Positions 8,629 through 17,903 of a stretch of DNA of 64,000 nt are shown here, piece by piece (position 1 is the first letter of the stretch; each line of letters opens with the position of its first letter). The stretch is taken from positions 64,001 to 128,000 of the forward strand of contig JAVKHQ010000001.1 in NCBI GenBank assembly GCA_031459875.1. The letters run 5' to 3'. This stretch comes from Candidatus Fervidifonticultor sextus. GTDB taxonomy: Bacteria > Sysuimicrobiota > Sysuimicrobiia > Sysuimicrobiales > Humicultoraceae. The notes beneath the pieces were generated by a model. It saw nothing but the letters and a program-made list of their open reading frames with translations. It was not told the origin of the DNA and did no database searches. The translations under genes were made by a program, and so were the position numbers.

Positions 8629-9724
8629 GGCCCCTCATCTCCTCTCCAGGATGCTGCCGTTCGATGATCCCGCCGCCGAGGACGACGTCGCCGGCGTAGA
8701 ACGTGACGGCCTGCCCCGGCGCCACCGCGCGCTGCGGCGCCTCGAACTCGACCAGGACGCGGCCGTCATCGCGCAGGTGCAGGACCGCCGGCACATCGGC
8801 CGCCGCATGCCGGACCCGGACGGTGACCCGCGGCGGCGGTGGGGGCGGCAGGATCCAGTTCACGCGGCCCAGCAGGACGGACGGGCAGTGCAGATCGCCC
8901 GGCCCGCCGACCACCACCGCGTTCCGCTCCGGGTCGATGGCGACCACATAGCGGGGCCCGCCGCCCCCGACCCCCAGTCCGCGGCGCTGGCCGACGGTGT
9001 AGCGCCCGATGCCGGCATGGGTGCCCACTACCGTCCCGGTCCGGTCCAGGATGGGCCCCGGCCGCGCGGCCTCAGGCCGGCGCGCAGCCACCAGGTCGCC
9101 GTAGTGCCCGGCCGGCACGAAGCAGATCTCCTGGCTGTCGGGTTTGTCGCTGACCGGCAGCCCCAGGCGTCGCGCCAGGTCCCTGACCTCGTCCTTGGCA
9201 TAGCCGCCGACCGGGAACCGCAGTCGCGCCAGTTGGGCCTGCGTGAGCGCAAACAGGACGTACGACTGGTCCTTCCGGGGGTCGGCCGCCCGCAGCAGCA
9301 GGTGGCGGCCGGCGGCCTCGTCGCAGACAATGCGGGCGTAGTGGCCGGTGGCGAGCGCCTGGCACCCCAGCCCCTCTACCTTCTCCAGCAGGACCCGGAA
9401 CTTGACCGCCTGGTTGCAGGCGATGCAGGGGTTGGGGGTGCAGCCCCTGGCGTACTCGTCAACGAAGTAGTCGATCACCGCGCGCTCAAAGGCCTCACGG
9501 AGGTTGAGGACGTAGTGCCGGATCCCGAGCCGCCGTGCCGTGGCCCGGGCGTCTTCGATGGCGGTGATCCCGCAGCAGGCGCGGCTGCCTGACTCCGGAG
9601 CCGGGAGCCACGACGGCCACAGGTTCATGGTGACCCCGATGACCTCCCAGCCCTCCTCCACCAGGAGGGCGGCGGCGACCGCGCTGTCCACCCCGCCGCT
9701 CATCGCCACGGCAATCCGTGACAT
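8612..9724 (-). CDS. mnmA: tRNA 2-thiouridylase MnmA
   Basis: AMSGGVDS, TPNPCIACN, ATGHYA, KDQSY, DSQEICF, TVGQRRGL, APGQ. Confidence 0.97.
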   Translation of the reverse strand: MSRIAVAMSGGVDSAVAAALLVEEGWEVIGVTMNLWPSWLPAPESGSRACCGITAIEDARATARRLGIRHYVLNLREAFERAVIDYFVDEYARGCTPNPCIACNQAVKFRVLLEKVEGLGCQALATGHYARIVCDEAAGRHLLLRAADPRKDQSYVLFALTQAQLARLRFPVGGYAKDEVRDLARRLGLPVSDKPDSQEICFVPAGHYGDLVAARRPEAARPGPILDRTGTVVGTHAGIGRYTVGQRRGLGVGGGGPRYVVAIDPERNAVVVGGPGDLHCPSVLLGRVNWILPPPPPPRVTVRVRHAAADVPAVLHLRDDGRVLVEFEAPQRAVAPGQAVTFYAGDVVLGGGIIERQHPGEEMRGHEQPH

Positions 9725-9752
9725 CCTCTGTGCACCCTGCCCTCCGAATTGC

Positions 9753-9782
9753 ATGCTAGCAGGCGCTCTCGCGGCGTGTCAA
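9753..9782 (-). promoter_or_regulatory. Putative sigma70 promoter of mnmA-ytxH-cca
   Basis: TTGACA-18 nt-TAGCAT with TG extension. Confidence 0.6.
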
Positions 9783-9810
9783 AACGCGCCCCCGCGTGTG
9801 GAGGTTCACC

Positions 9811-11154
9811 TCACCGAGGGGATTCCCCGCGGTCGTCGTCCGCAGTCACCCCCGTCCCCCACCACTCCTCCAGGCGTCGCCTGATGGCGCCCTCGGCACC
9901 GTGCGGGGTCGGCCGATAGTACCGGCGGGGCGCAAATCCCTCAGGCCAGTACGACTGGCGCACGAACCCGCCAGGGAACGCGTGGGGGTACTGATACCCC
10001 ACGCCGTGTCCCGCCTGCGCCACCGCCCGAGGATGGCTGGCATCCCGGAGATGCCGTGGGGGCGGGTCCGCGCGCTGCTCCTCGACGTCGCGGGCCGCCT
10101 CGCCGATCGCGGTGACCACGGCGTTGCTCTTAGGGGCCGTCGCAATGTAGATGGCGGCCTCGGCCATGGGGATGCGCGCCTCTGGCAGGCCCACGTACTC
10201 CACCGCGTGCGCCGCCGCTGTTGCCACCACCAGGGCCATGGGGTCGGCCAGACCCACGTCCTCGGCGGCGTGGACGACCATCCGCCGGGCGATGAAGCGC
10301 GGGTCCTCTCCGGCGGCCAGCATCCGCGCCAGCCAGTAGACCGCGGCGTCGGGATCCGACCCGCGCAGGCTCTTGATGAAGGCCGAGATCACATCGTAGT
10401 GCTGATCCCCCTCGCGGTCGTACCGCACGGCGCGGCGCTGACCGGCGTCGGCGACCACCTCGACGGTGATGCGACGGCGGCCACCGGCCTCGGGGGCGAC
10501 CGCGGCCGCAGCCTCCAGCGCGTTGAGGGCCACCCGCGCGTCGCCGTTGCTGAGGCGGGCCAGGTGCGCCAGGGCCTCGCCGTCGACGTCGAAGGGCTCC
10601 CCGCCCAGGCCGCGCGGATCCACCAGTGCCCGCTCCAGGATGGTCCGGATCTCCGCTTCGCTGAGCGGCTCGAGTTGGGCGACCTGCGACCGCGAGACGA
10701 GGGTGGCGTTGACCTCGTAGAACGGGTTCTCGGTCGTGGCCCCGATAAGGATCAGCGTGCCGTCCTCCACATAGGGCAGCAACACATCCTGCTGCGCCTT
10801 GTTGAACCGGTGGATCTCGTCGATGATGAGCAGGGTGCGCTGCTGGTGGAAGGCGCGGCGGTCCCGCGCCTCGGCGATGATCTTCTTGAGATCCGCCACA
10901 CCCGCGGTCACCGCATTCACCTGCTCCACGTGGCTGCGCGTCCGCGCGGCGATGATGAGCGCCAGCGTGGTCTTGCCCACGCCGGGCGGGCCCCAGAGGA
11001 TCAGGCTGTGCACCTGGTCCTCCTCGATCGCCGCCCTGAGCGCCCGGCCGGTTCCGATGAGATGCTCCTGCCCGACAAACTCGTCCAGCGTCCTGGGCCG
11101 GACCCGGGCCGCAAGCGGCGCAGTCGTGATCCTGGCGTCGTCGAAGAGGGCCAC
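9811..11154 (-). CDS. rarA: Replication-associated recombination protein A (RarA/MgsA)
   Basis: PLAARVRP, WGPPGVGKTT, DEIHRFNKAQQD, ATTENP, SAFIKSLRGSDPDA; GTG 11154 with GGGAGG RBS. Confidence 0.96.
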   Translation of the reverse strand: MALFDDARITTAPLAARVRPRTLDEFVGQEHLIGTGRALRAAIEEDQVHSLILWGPPGVGKTTLALIIAARTRSHVEQVNAVTAGVADLKKIIAEARDRRAFHQQRTLLIIDEIHRFNKAQQDVLLPYVEDGTLILIGATTENPFYEVNATLVSRSQVAQLEPLSEAEIRTILERALVDPRGLGGEPFDVDGEALAHLARLSNGDARVALNALEAAAAVAPEAGGRRRITVEVVADAGQRRAVRYDREGDQHYDVISAFIKSLRGSDPDAAVYWLARMLAAGEDPRFIARRMVVHAAEDVGLADPMALVVATAAAHAVEYVGLPEARIPMAEAAIYIATAPKSNAVVTAIGEAARDVEEQRADPPPRHLRDASHPRAVAQAGHGVGYQYPHAFPGGFVRQSYWPEGFAPRRYYRPTPHGAEGAIRRRLEEWWGTGVTADDDRGESPR

Positions 11155-11227
11155 GGCACCTCCCGGGTCCATCCTAGCACGGAAGCCGCGCGGGAGGACG
11201 CCGACGCACCGGCGCGAAGACCACGTC

Positions 11228-12445
11228 GTGGGCCCAGGGCGCCCCGTTCGCATCGCCTGCAAGCCCGAGGCCGTCGTCGTCACCTGTGGCGACGGCGACG
11301 AGGCCATCTACGCCTTCGACCACGCGGGCCGCCTCTTCACGGCCTGGCTGAGGGGCCGGCTCTTCCGGCGCGCGCTCGACGGCCGGATCATGGAGAAGCG
11401 CACGGATCGCTCGGACCGGCGTCCGGTGCGCCACCGGCGGTTCCTGACCCCCGACGAGGGCGCCGGGCTGCTGGATGCCTCTGCGGCGGCCGCCGGCGAG
11501 GCCATGGCCGCGCTGCACAGCGGGAGGGCCGAACTGCTGTGGTCGATCCCCGGGCCCGAGGATCGGGCATGGGCTGCAGCCCTCCTGGAGGCGGCGGCCC
11601 GGTTCGATGCCAGGGCGGCCGAGGTGGACAGCGCGCGCTTCGCAGAGGCCTACACGCCGGTGGCGATCCTCCCTCCCGACCGCTACCGCTCGCTGGTCAT
11701 CCAGGTCACCGAAGGCTGTCACTGGAACCGGTGCACGTTCTGCACCTTCTACCGCGACCGGCGCTTCCGCATCAAGACCGATGCGGAGTTCGCCGCCCAT
11801 GTGGACGCGGTCGCCCGGTTCTTCGGGCCGGGGCTGAGCCTGCGCCGCGGCATCTTCCTGGGGGACGCTAACGCGCTGTTCCTCCCGGTGGAGATCCTGC
11901 TCCCCAGGCTCGACCTCCTGGCGCGGCGCCTGGCCCGGCACGCGACCGACCTCGCGGCCTTCATTGACGTGTTCACCGGACACCGCCGCGCGGCCAGCGA
12001 CTTCGCGGCCCTGGGCGCGCGGGGGCTGCGGCGGATCTATGTGGGCCTGGAGAGCGGCGACGACGAGACGCTGGTCTTCCTCAACAAGCCGCAGACCGCG
12101 GCCCAGGCGACGGACCTCGTCCTGACGGCCAAGCAGGCGGGCCTGGGCGTGGGGATCATCGTGATGGCGGGGGTGGGCGGCCGCCAGCGGTGGCGGCGGC
12201 ACGTCGAGGCCACCGTGGCCACGCTGGGGGCCATGCGGCTGGGCGCCGGGGACCTGGTGTACGTCTCCGCGTTCACGGCGCCCCACGACGGCCCCTACGC
12301 CCAGCGGGCGCGCGCCGATGGGACCGAGCCGCTCACTCCCGACGAGGTCGAAGACCAGGTGGACGAACTGCTGAAGGGGGCTGCCCGCGTGACGGCCCCG
12401 GGCATTCGGGCCGCGCGGTACGACATCGAGGAGTTCCTGTACTGA
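11228..12445 (+). CDS. Radical SAM protein with N-terminal extension (start approximate)
   Basis: CxxxCxxC (GCHWNRCTFCTFY), FLGDANAL, YVGLESGDD. Confidence 0.88.
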   Translation: MGPGRPVRIACKPEAVVVTCGDGDEAIYAFDHAGRLFTAWLRGRLFRRALDGRIMEKRTDRSDRRPVRHRRFLTPDEGAGLLDASAAAAGEAMAALHSGRAELLWSIPGPEDRAWAAALLEAAARFDARAAEVDSARFAEAYTPVAILPPDRYRSLVIQVTEGCHWNRCTFCTFYRDRRFRIKTDAEFAAHVDAVARFFGPGLSLRRGIFLGDANALFLPVEILLPRLDLLARRLARHATDLAAFIDVFTGHRRAASDFAALGARGLRRIYVGLESGDDETLVFLNKPQTAAQATDLVLTAKQAGLGVGIIVMAGVGGRQRWRRHVEATVATLGAMRLGAGDLVYVSAFTAPHDGPYAQRARADGTEPLTPDEVEDQVDELLKGAARVTAPGIRAARYDIEEFLY

Positions 12446-12449
12446 CTTG

Positions 12450-12652
12450 CCGGCGCGGATTCTCCGCCGTGCCGTGCGGGACGAAGTCCCCGAACCCTAC
12501 TCTCGTAGGTGGGTGCCCTCCCGGAGGCTTCGGACCTGCCCGCACCGCCTGCCCGCGGGACCATCGTCCGCCTCCGGAGGTGGGCTCCCCGGGTCGATGT
12601 GTTGGATCGGGACTTTGCGCCCCGCCTCGCACACGGCAGAGAACCCGCTGCC
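12450..12652 (-). ncRNA. ssrS: 6S RNA
   Basis: About 200 nt rod: 5' GGCAGCGGGTTCTCTGCCGTG pairs with 3' CACGGCGGAGAATCCGCGCC; internal GGGAGC and GAGGGCACCCACC..AGGGTTC motifs; position right after aspS; own promoter. Confidence 0.85.
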
Positions 12653-12658
12653 AGACTT

Positions 12659-12687
12659 ATCGTAGCACCCGTCCCACCGCCCGGCAA
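12659..12687 (-). promoter_or_regulatory. sigma70 promoter of 6S RNA
   Basis: TTGCCG-17 nt-TACGAT with TG extension, immediately after the aspS stop. Confidence 0.65.
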
Positions 12688-14460
12688 TCACACGATCTCG
12701 ATGTGGACCTCGCGGAGCACGGCAGGGTCTACCGGGCTGGGCGCGCCGGTCAGGAGGTCGGCCGCACTGGCCGTCTTGGGGAAGGCGATGACCTCCCGGA
12801 TCGTGGCCTCGCCGGCCAGCAGCATGACGAACCGGTCCATGCCCAGGGCGATCCCGCCGTGGGGCGGCGCGCCGTACTGCAGGGCGTCCAGCAGGAACCC
12901 GAAACGCGCCTGCGCCTGCTCCGGGCCGATGCCCAGCAGGGCGAACACCTGTTCCTGAAGCGCGCGCTCATGGATGCGGATGCTGCCCCCGCCCAGCTCG
13001 ACGCCGTTGAGGATGAGGTCGTGGGCTTTGGCCCGCACTCGTTCCGGCGCAGTGGACAGCAGCGGACGATCCTCATCCATCGGCGCCGTGAACGGGTGGT
13101 GGACGGCCACATACCGTCCTTCCTCCGCGCTGTACTCCAGCAGCGGAAACCCGGTGACCCAGAGGAAGCGGAACTCACGATCCCGCGCGCGCAGCCCGGC
13201 CCGGTCGGCCGCTTCCAGGCGCACCCGTCCCAGGGCAGAGGCCACGGTGGCCTCGGGACCGGCCGCGAGCAGGATGAGGTCGCCTTCCCGTGCCCCGGTC
13301 CGTGCCGAGACCTCCGCGACTTCGCCTTCGGCCAGATGCCGCGCAAGCGATCCCCGGGGGCCGCCGGGCCCCAGGGCCAGTGAGGCCAGCCCCGCCGCTC
13401 CGGCGGCGACCGCGGTCTGGGCCAGGGCATCCAGATCCCGGCGGCTCATCCCGGCCGCACCCGGAACGCGCAGGGCCCGGAGCACGCCGCCTGTGGCGGC
13501 GGCCTCCCGGAACCGCTCCACGCCGCTGGCCCCGGCCAGATCGGTCAGGTCCGTGATCTCCAGGTCCACGCGCAGGTCGGGCTTGTCGGAGCCGTACCGG
13601 AGCAGGGCCTCGGGGTAGGCGAGCCTGGGGAAGGGCCGCGCGACGCGGCCGCCCAGCACCCGCTCGATGACGTGGGCCACCATCGCTTCGGTGACCGCCA
13701 GCACGTCGTCCTGCTCGACGAAACTCATCTCGATGTCGATCTGGGTGAACTCGGGCTGCCGGTCGGCCCGCAGGTCCTCGTCGCGGAAGCACCGCGCGAT
13801 CTGGAAATACCGGTCCGCCCCGCCGACCATCAGGAGCTGCTTGAACAGTTGCGGCGACTGGGGGAGGGCGTAGAACTTGCCGGGCTGGAGCCGGCTCGGC
13901 ACCAGGAAGTCCCGGGCGCCCTCCGGCGTGCTGCGGATCAGCATCGGCGTCTCGACCTCGATGAAGCCCATCCGGTCCAGAGCCTCGCGCACCGCCATGC
14001 ACGTCCGGTGGCGCAGGGTCAGGTTGCGGATCATGCGCGGCCGGCGCAGGTCCAGGAACCGGTAGCGCAGCCGCAGGGCCTCGTCCACCTCGGCCTCGTC
14101 GGCCGGCAGGAATGGCGGGGTCAGGGACGCGGACAGGACCTCCAGACGCCGGGCCCGGACCTCGATCTCGCCGGTCGCCAGACGCGGGTTGCTCGTGCCC
14201 TCGGGGCGGCGCGCCACGGCCCCGTCCACGCGCACGACGTACTCGGCACGCACGCCTTCGGCTACCTGGGCGGCGGCGGCCCCGTCGGGGTCGGAGGGGT
14301 TGACCACGATCTGCACGATGCCGTCCCGGTCGCGCAGGTCCAGGAAGATCAGGCCGCCGAGATCGCGGCGGCGCTGGACCCATCCGGCGAGCCGGACCGG
14401 CGTCCCGATGTGGTCGGGCCGCAACTCGCCGCAGGTGTGCGTGCGCATCGCGGTCTTCAT
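12688..14460 (-). CDS. aspS: Aspartate--tRNA ligase
   Basis: MRTHTCGEL, STPEGARDFLVPSR, ALPQSPQLFKQ, CFRDEDLRADRQPEFTQ, PPHGGIA.G.DR. Confidence 0.98.
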   Translation of the reverse strand: MKTAMRTHTCGELRPDHIGTPVRLAGWVQRRRDLGGLIFLDLRDRDGIVQIVVNPSDPDGAAAAQVAEGVRAEYVVRVDGAVARRPEGTSNPRLATGEIEVRARRLEVLSASLTPPFLPADEAEVDEALRLRYRFLDLRRPRMIRNLTLRHRTCMAVREALDRMGFIEVETPMLIRSTPEGARDFLVPSRLQPGKFYALPQSPQLFKQLLMVGGADRYFQIARCFRDEDLRADRQPEFTQIDIEMSFVEQDDVLAVTEAMVAHVIERVLGGRVARPFPRLAYPEALLRYGSDKPDLRVDLEITDLTDLAGASGVERFREAAATGGVLRALRVPGAAGMSRRDLDALAQTAVAAGAAGLASLALGPGGPRGSLARHLAEGEVAEVSARTGAREGDLILLAAGPEATVASALGRVRLEAADRAGLRARDREFRFLWVTGFPLLEYSAEEGRYVAVHHPFTAPMDEDRPLLSTAPERVRAKAHDLILNGVELGGGSIRIHERALQEQVFALLGIGPEQAQARFGFLLDALQYGAPPHGGIALGMDRFVMLLAGEATIREVIAFPKTASAADLLTGAPSPVDPAVLREVHIEIV

Positions 14461-15761
14461 GCTCCCCCCTCCCCGCCCGTTGGCGCTGGCGCGGGGACGC
14501 CCAGGCGCGAGGTCAGCGCAGGAATGAGGTCGGCGCGGGGGATGCGGCTCTGGGCGCCGCTGGCCATCTCGCGGAGCGTGACGCTGCCGGCGGCCAGTTC
14601 CTCCTCGCCCAGGACCAGGGCGAACCTGGCGCCGAGGCGGTCGGCATGCCTGAGCTGGCCGCGGAGGTCGCGTCCCAGCAGATCGCCCTCAGCCCGCAGC
14701 CCCGCGGCGCGCAACGCATCGAGCAGGCCGATCCCCTCGCGCCGCGCGGCCCCGCCGGTGGTGACCACCATGACCTGCACCTGCCGATCCGCCGGCCGGA
14801 TCAGGCCGTCGTCCCCGGCGACCAGCAGCAGCCGGTCCAGGCCGAAGCCGAAGCCCACGCCCGGGGTCGGCGGGCCGCCCAGTTGCTCGGCCAGCCCGTC
14901 ATAGCGGCCGCCGCCGAACATGGCGTTCTGCGCGCCCAGGCGACCCGAGAAGACCTCCACCGCCGTCCGCGTGTAGTAGTCGAGGCCTCGCACGATGAAG
15001 GGATCCATCACGTACCGGACGCCCAACAGGTCGAAGTGCTCCCTGACGCCGTCGAGATGGGCGGCACAGGCCTCGCAGAGGTAGTCGATGCTCTTCGGCG
15101 CGCCGCGGGCCACCCGGTGGCAGCCCTCGCGCTTGCAGTCCAGGACCCGCAGCGGGTTGTGCGCCAGGCGACGCCGGCAGTCCGCGCACAGCTGGTCGGC
15201 GCGCGGCTGGAAGTAGTCGCGCAGGGCGTCCAGGTACCGGGGCCGGCACACGGCGTCCCCGACGCTGTTCAGGTGGACCTCGACCTGGGTCAGGCCCACC
15301 GCCTGCAGCAGCCGGACCGGCAGGGTCAGCACCTCGGCGTCGGCCGCTGGAGCGGCGCTGCCGATGATCTCGGCCCCAAATTGCACGTGCTGCCGGTAGC
15401 GGCCCTTCTGCGGCCGGTCGTAGCGGAACATCGGCGCGACGTAGTAGAGCTTGCACGGCTGCGGGGACTGGCGCAGGCCGTGCTCCAGGTAGGCCCGCAT
15501 CACCGCCGCCGTGCCCTCGGGCCGGAGGCTGAGGGAGCGCCCGCCTCGATCGGCAAACGTGTACATTTCCTTCTCGACCATATCGGTGGTCTCCCCGACG
15601 GTCCGCTGGAACACCTCGGTGTGCTCGACCACCGGCGTGCGGATCTCGCGGAAGCCCCATCGGGCCGCCAGGTCGTGGATCGTCGCCTCCAGGGCCTGCC
15701 AACGCTCCACTTCACCCGGCAGGATGTCGCGCATCCCGCGGGGCGCCTGAATCGCCGCCAT
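14457..15761 (-). CDS. hisS: Histidine--tRNA ligase
   Basis: PRGMRD, KEMYTF, LRPEGTA, RYDRPQKGRYRQH.Q, VRGLDYY, GGGRYDGL; ATG 15761 with AGGAGG. Confidence 0.97.
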   Translation of the reverse strand: MAAIQAPRGMRDILPGEVERWQALEATIHDLAARWGFREIRTPVVEHTEVFQRTVGETTDMVEKEMYTFADRGGRSLSLRPEGTAAVMRAYLEHGLRQSPQPCKLYYVAPMFRYDRPQKGRYRQHVQFGAEIIGSAAPAADAEVLTLPVRLLQAVGLTQVEVHLNSVGDAVCRPRYLDALRDYFQPRADQLCADCRRRLAHNPLRVLDCKREGCHRVARGAPKSIDYLCEACAAHLDGVREHFDLLGVRYVMDPFIVRGLDYYTRTAVEVFSGRLGAQNAMFGGGRYDGLAEQLGGPPTPGVGFGFGLDRLLLVAGDDGLIRPADRQVQVMVVTTGGAARREGIGLLDALRAAGLRAEGDLLGRDLRGQLRHADRLGARFALVLGEEELAAGSVTLREMASGAQSRIPRADLIPALTSRLGVPAPAPTGGEGGA

Positions 15762-15792
15762 CTGTCGCCTCCTCCTACCCTGTCGCGCACCC

Positions 15793-15829
15793 AAAACAAA
15801 GCGCTCCCGTCCCGGCAGGGACGAGAGCG
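15793..15829 (-). terminator. T-box intrinsic terminator
   Basis: CGCTCTCGTCCC-tgcc-GGGACGGGAGCG followed by CTTTGTTTT. Confidence 0.85.
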
Positions 15830-16043
15830 AGACTCCCGCGGTGCCACCCTGGTTCCCGGCCTTCGACACCTCGGCCGGGCCCTCATCGCGATCACGGGCG
15901 AAACCCGGGCGGTCGCCGCGCCGACGCGACGCCGCCGGCTCGGGGGCGTCATTCGGACCCGGGGTGCCTGAGGGCGTTTCCAGCTGTCGCGGCGTGCGCG
16001 CCCTCTCTCTGATAGGACCGGACCCTACTCTTCCCGTCCTCGC
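15793..16043 (-). promoter_or_regulatory. T-box riboswitch (Asp specifier) upstream of hisS-aspS
   Basis: AGTA, AGAGA and GCTGGAA stem I motifs; specifier GAAT-GAC-G at 15950-15948; T-box AACCAGGGTGGCACCGCG; terminator. Confidence 0.92.
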
Positions 16044-16067
16044 CGGCCGTGCTGCGAAACTAGCGAT

Positions 16068-16096
16068 AGATTACCCCCGGGCCATCCGCGGGTCAA
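16068..16096 (-). promoter_or_regulatory. Putative promoter of the T-box leader
   Basis: TTGACC-17 nt-TAATCT overlapping the upstream permease stop codon. Confidence 0.55.
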
Positions 16097-16946
16097 GCAG
16101 GTCTCTGATGCCATCCCCCAACAGGTTGAACCCCATCACCGTCATGAAGATGGCCAGGCCTGGGTACAGCGACAGCCACGGTGCCTGTCCCAGATAGTCC
16201 CGTCCGGCAGCCAGCATCGAACCCCAGGACGGCGTCGGCGGCTGGGCCCCCAGGCCCAGAAACGAGAGGCTCGCTTCGGCGAGGATGGCGCTCCCAAGCC
16301 CCAGCGTGACCAGCACGACGACGGGCGCCACGGTGTGGGGCAGGACGTGCCGGACCATGATCCGCGCGTTCGACGCGCCCAGGCTGCGGGCGGCCTCGAC
16401 GAAGTCCTGCCCCTTGATCGCCAGGACCTGGCCCCGCACGACCCGCGCCAGCCCCGTCCAGCTCACCAGACCCAGGGCCACGAACACGTTGGAGAGGCTG
16501 GGTCCGAGGACCGCCATCACCGCGATGGCGAACAGCAGACCGGGAAACGCGAAGATCACCTCGGCGGCGCGCATGATGACCTGGTCGGTGACCCCGCCGT
16601 AGAACCCCGCCACCATCCCCAGGGTCACCCCGATCGCCAGCGCGGACGCCTGCACGGCGACGCCCACCCCGAGGGAGACGCGGGCACCGTAGACGATGCG
16701 GCTGAAGACGTCCCGGCCGAAGGGATCGGCCCCCAGCAGGAACGGCCCGCCGGGCGGGCGGAGGTGGTTGTTCAGGTCGGCGTCACGCACCGGGTCGAAC
16801 GGCGCCATCCACGGCGCCGCCAGCGCCGTCGCCACCAGCAGGCCCACCAGGACGCCGCCGACGGTCAGGTTGCGCAGGCGCCAGGCCCGCCGCCACGGCG
16901 CCCGGGGGCGCGGCGGCGTTGGGATCGTCGGAGTCGGCGCGCTCAT
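16071..16946 (-). CDS. Peptide/nickel ABC permease (DppC/OppC-like)
   Basis: LGADPFGRDVFSRI.YGAR.SL, EAARSLGAS, EASLSFLGLG; ATGA overlap with the upstream permease. Confidence 0.93.
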   Translation of the reverse strand: MSAPTPTIPTPPRPRAPWRRAWRLRNLTVGGVLVGLLVATALAAPWMAPFDPVRDADLNNHLRPPGGPFLLGADPFGRDVFSRIVYGARVSLGVGVAVQASALAIGVTLGMVAGFYGGVTDQVIMRAAEVIFAFPGLLFAIAVMAVLGPSLSNVFVALGLVSWTGLARVVRGQVLAIKGQDFVEAARSLGASNARIMVRHVLPHTVAPVVVLVTLGLGSAILAEASLSFLGLGAQPPTPSWGSMLAAGRDYLGQAPWLSLYPGLAIFMTVMGFNLLGDGIRDLLDPRMARG

Positions 16947-17887
16947 TCGTACCGGATCCGGGGATCCAGCCACGCGTAGGACAGGTCTACCACCAAGTTC
17001 AGCACGATGAACGCCGTGGCGATGAACAGCACGCAGCCCTGCGCCATGGGCAGGTCGCGCACCCCGATGGAGTCCACCAGCAGCCGGCCGATTCCCGGCC
17101 AGGAAAATACCCGCTCGGTGATCACCGCGCCGGAGAGCAGCCCGCCCATCTGCACGCCGACCACCGTGACGATGGGGATCGCCGCATTCCGCAGCGCGTG
17201 CACCACGATCACCCGCGCGCCGGCCAGCCCCTTGGCCCGGGCGGTCCGGATGTAGTCCTGCCGGATGACCTCCAGCATCGAGGAGCGGGTGAGGCGGGCG
17301 ATGACCGCGGCCACCCCAGTGCCCAGGGTGAGAGCGGGCATGATCAGGTAGGGGATCGCCGGCCCGTAGCCCGAGGGCGGCAGCCAGCGCCATTGCACCG
17401 CCAGCAGGTAGATCAGCAGAATCCCCAGCCAGAAGTTCGGCACCGAGACGCCCACAGTAGCCAGCATGATGCTGGCCGAATCCACCAGGGAATTCTGGCG
17501 GAGCGCGGCGGCAATGCCTAGCGGGACCCCGATGAGCACCGCGATGGCCAGGGCCGCGCCGGCCAGCGTCGCCGTCGCCGGGAATCGTTCCAGGACTGAG
17601 CCCAGGACGCTCCGGTCGGTGCGGTAGGAGACCCCCAGGTCCCCCCGCAGGGCGTTGCCGAGGAACTTCAGGTACTGGACAGGCGCCGGGTCGTCCAGCC
17701 CCCACTTGGCGCGGATCCGGCGCGCCGCCTCCGGATCCACCGTCGCGACCTTCTCTTCCATCAGGAGCAGGACGGGATCGCCCGGCACGATCTGCATGAG
17801 CACAAAGGTGACAAGCGTCACCCCGATGAAAACCGGGACGGCGAGCAGGAGCCGCCGGAGGACGAATGCGCCGAGCCCGCCTGTCAC
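16943..17887 (-). CDS. Peptide/nickel ABC permease (DppB/OppB-like)
   Basis: PGDP, GLDDP, GDLGVS, DYIRTARAKGL, FSWPGIG, LDPRIR. Confidence 0.94.
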   Translation of the reverse strand: MTGGLGAFVLRRLLLAVPVFIGVTLVTFVLMQIVPGDPVLLLMEEKVATVDPEAARRIRAKWGLDDPAPVQYLKFLGNALRGDLGVSYRTDRSVLGSVLERFPATATLAGAALAIAVLIGVPLGIAAALRQNSLVDSASIMLATVGVSVPNFWLGILLIYLLAVQWRWLPPSGYGPAIPYLIMPALTLGTGVAAVIARLTRSSMLEVIRQDYIRTARAKGLAGARVIVVHALRNAAIPIVTVVGVQMGGLLSGAVITERVFSWPGIGRLLVDSIGVRDLPMAQGCVLFIATAFIVLNLVVDLSYAWLDPRIRYE

Positions 17888-17903
17888 CGGGAGGGCGACC
17901 GCG

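Noticed and set aside
12295..12691. Short ORFs between the radical SAM gene and aspS
   Set aside because: The region is explained by 6S RNA and its promoter
15762..15869. N-terminal extension of hisS in the ORF track
   Set aside because: It overlaps the T-box antiterminator/terminator, and ATG 15761 has a strong RBS
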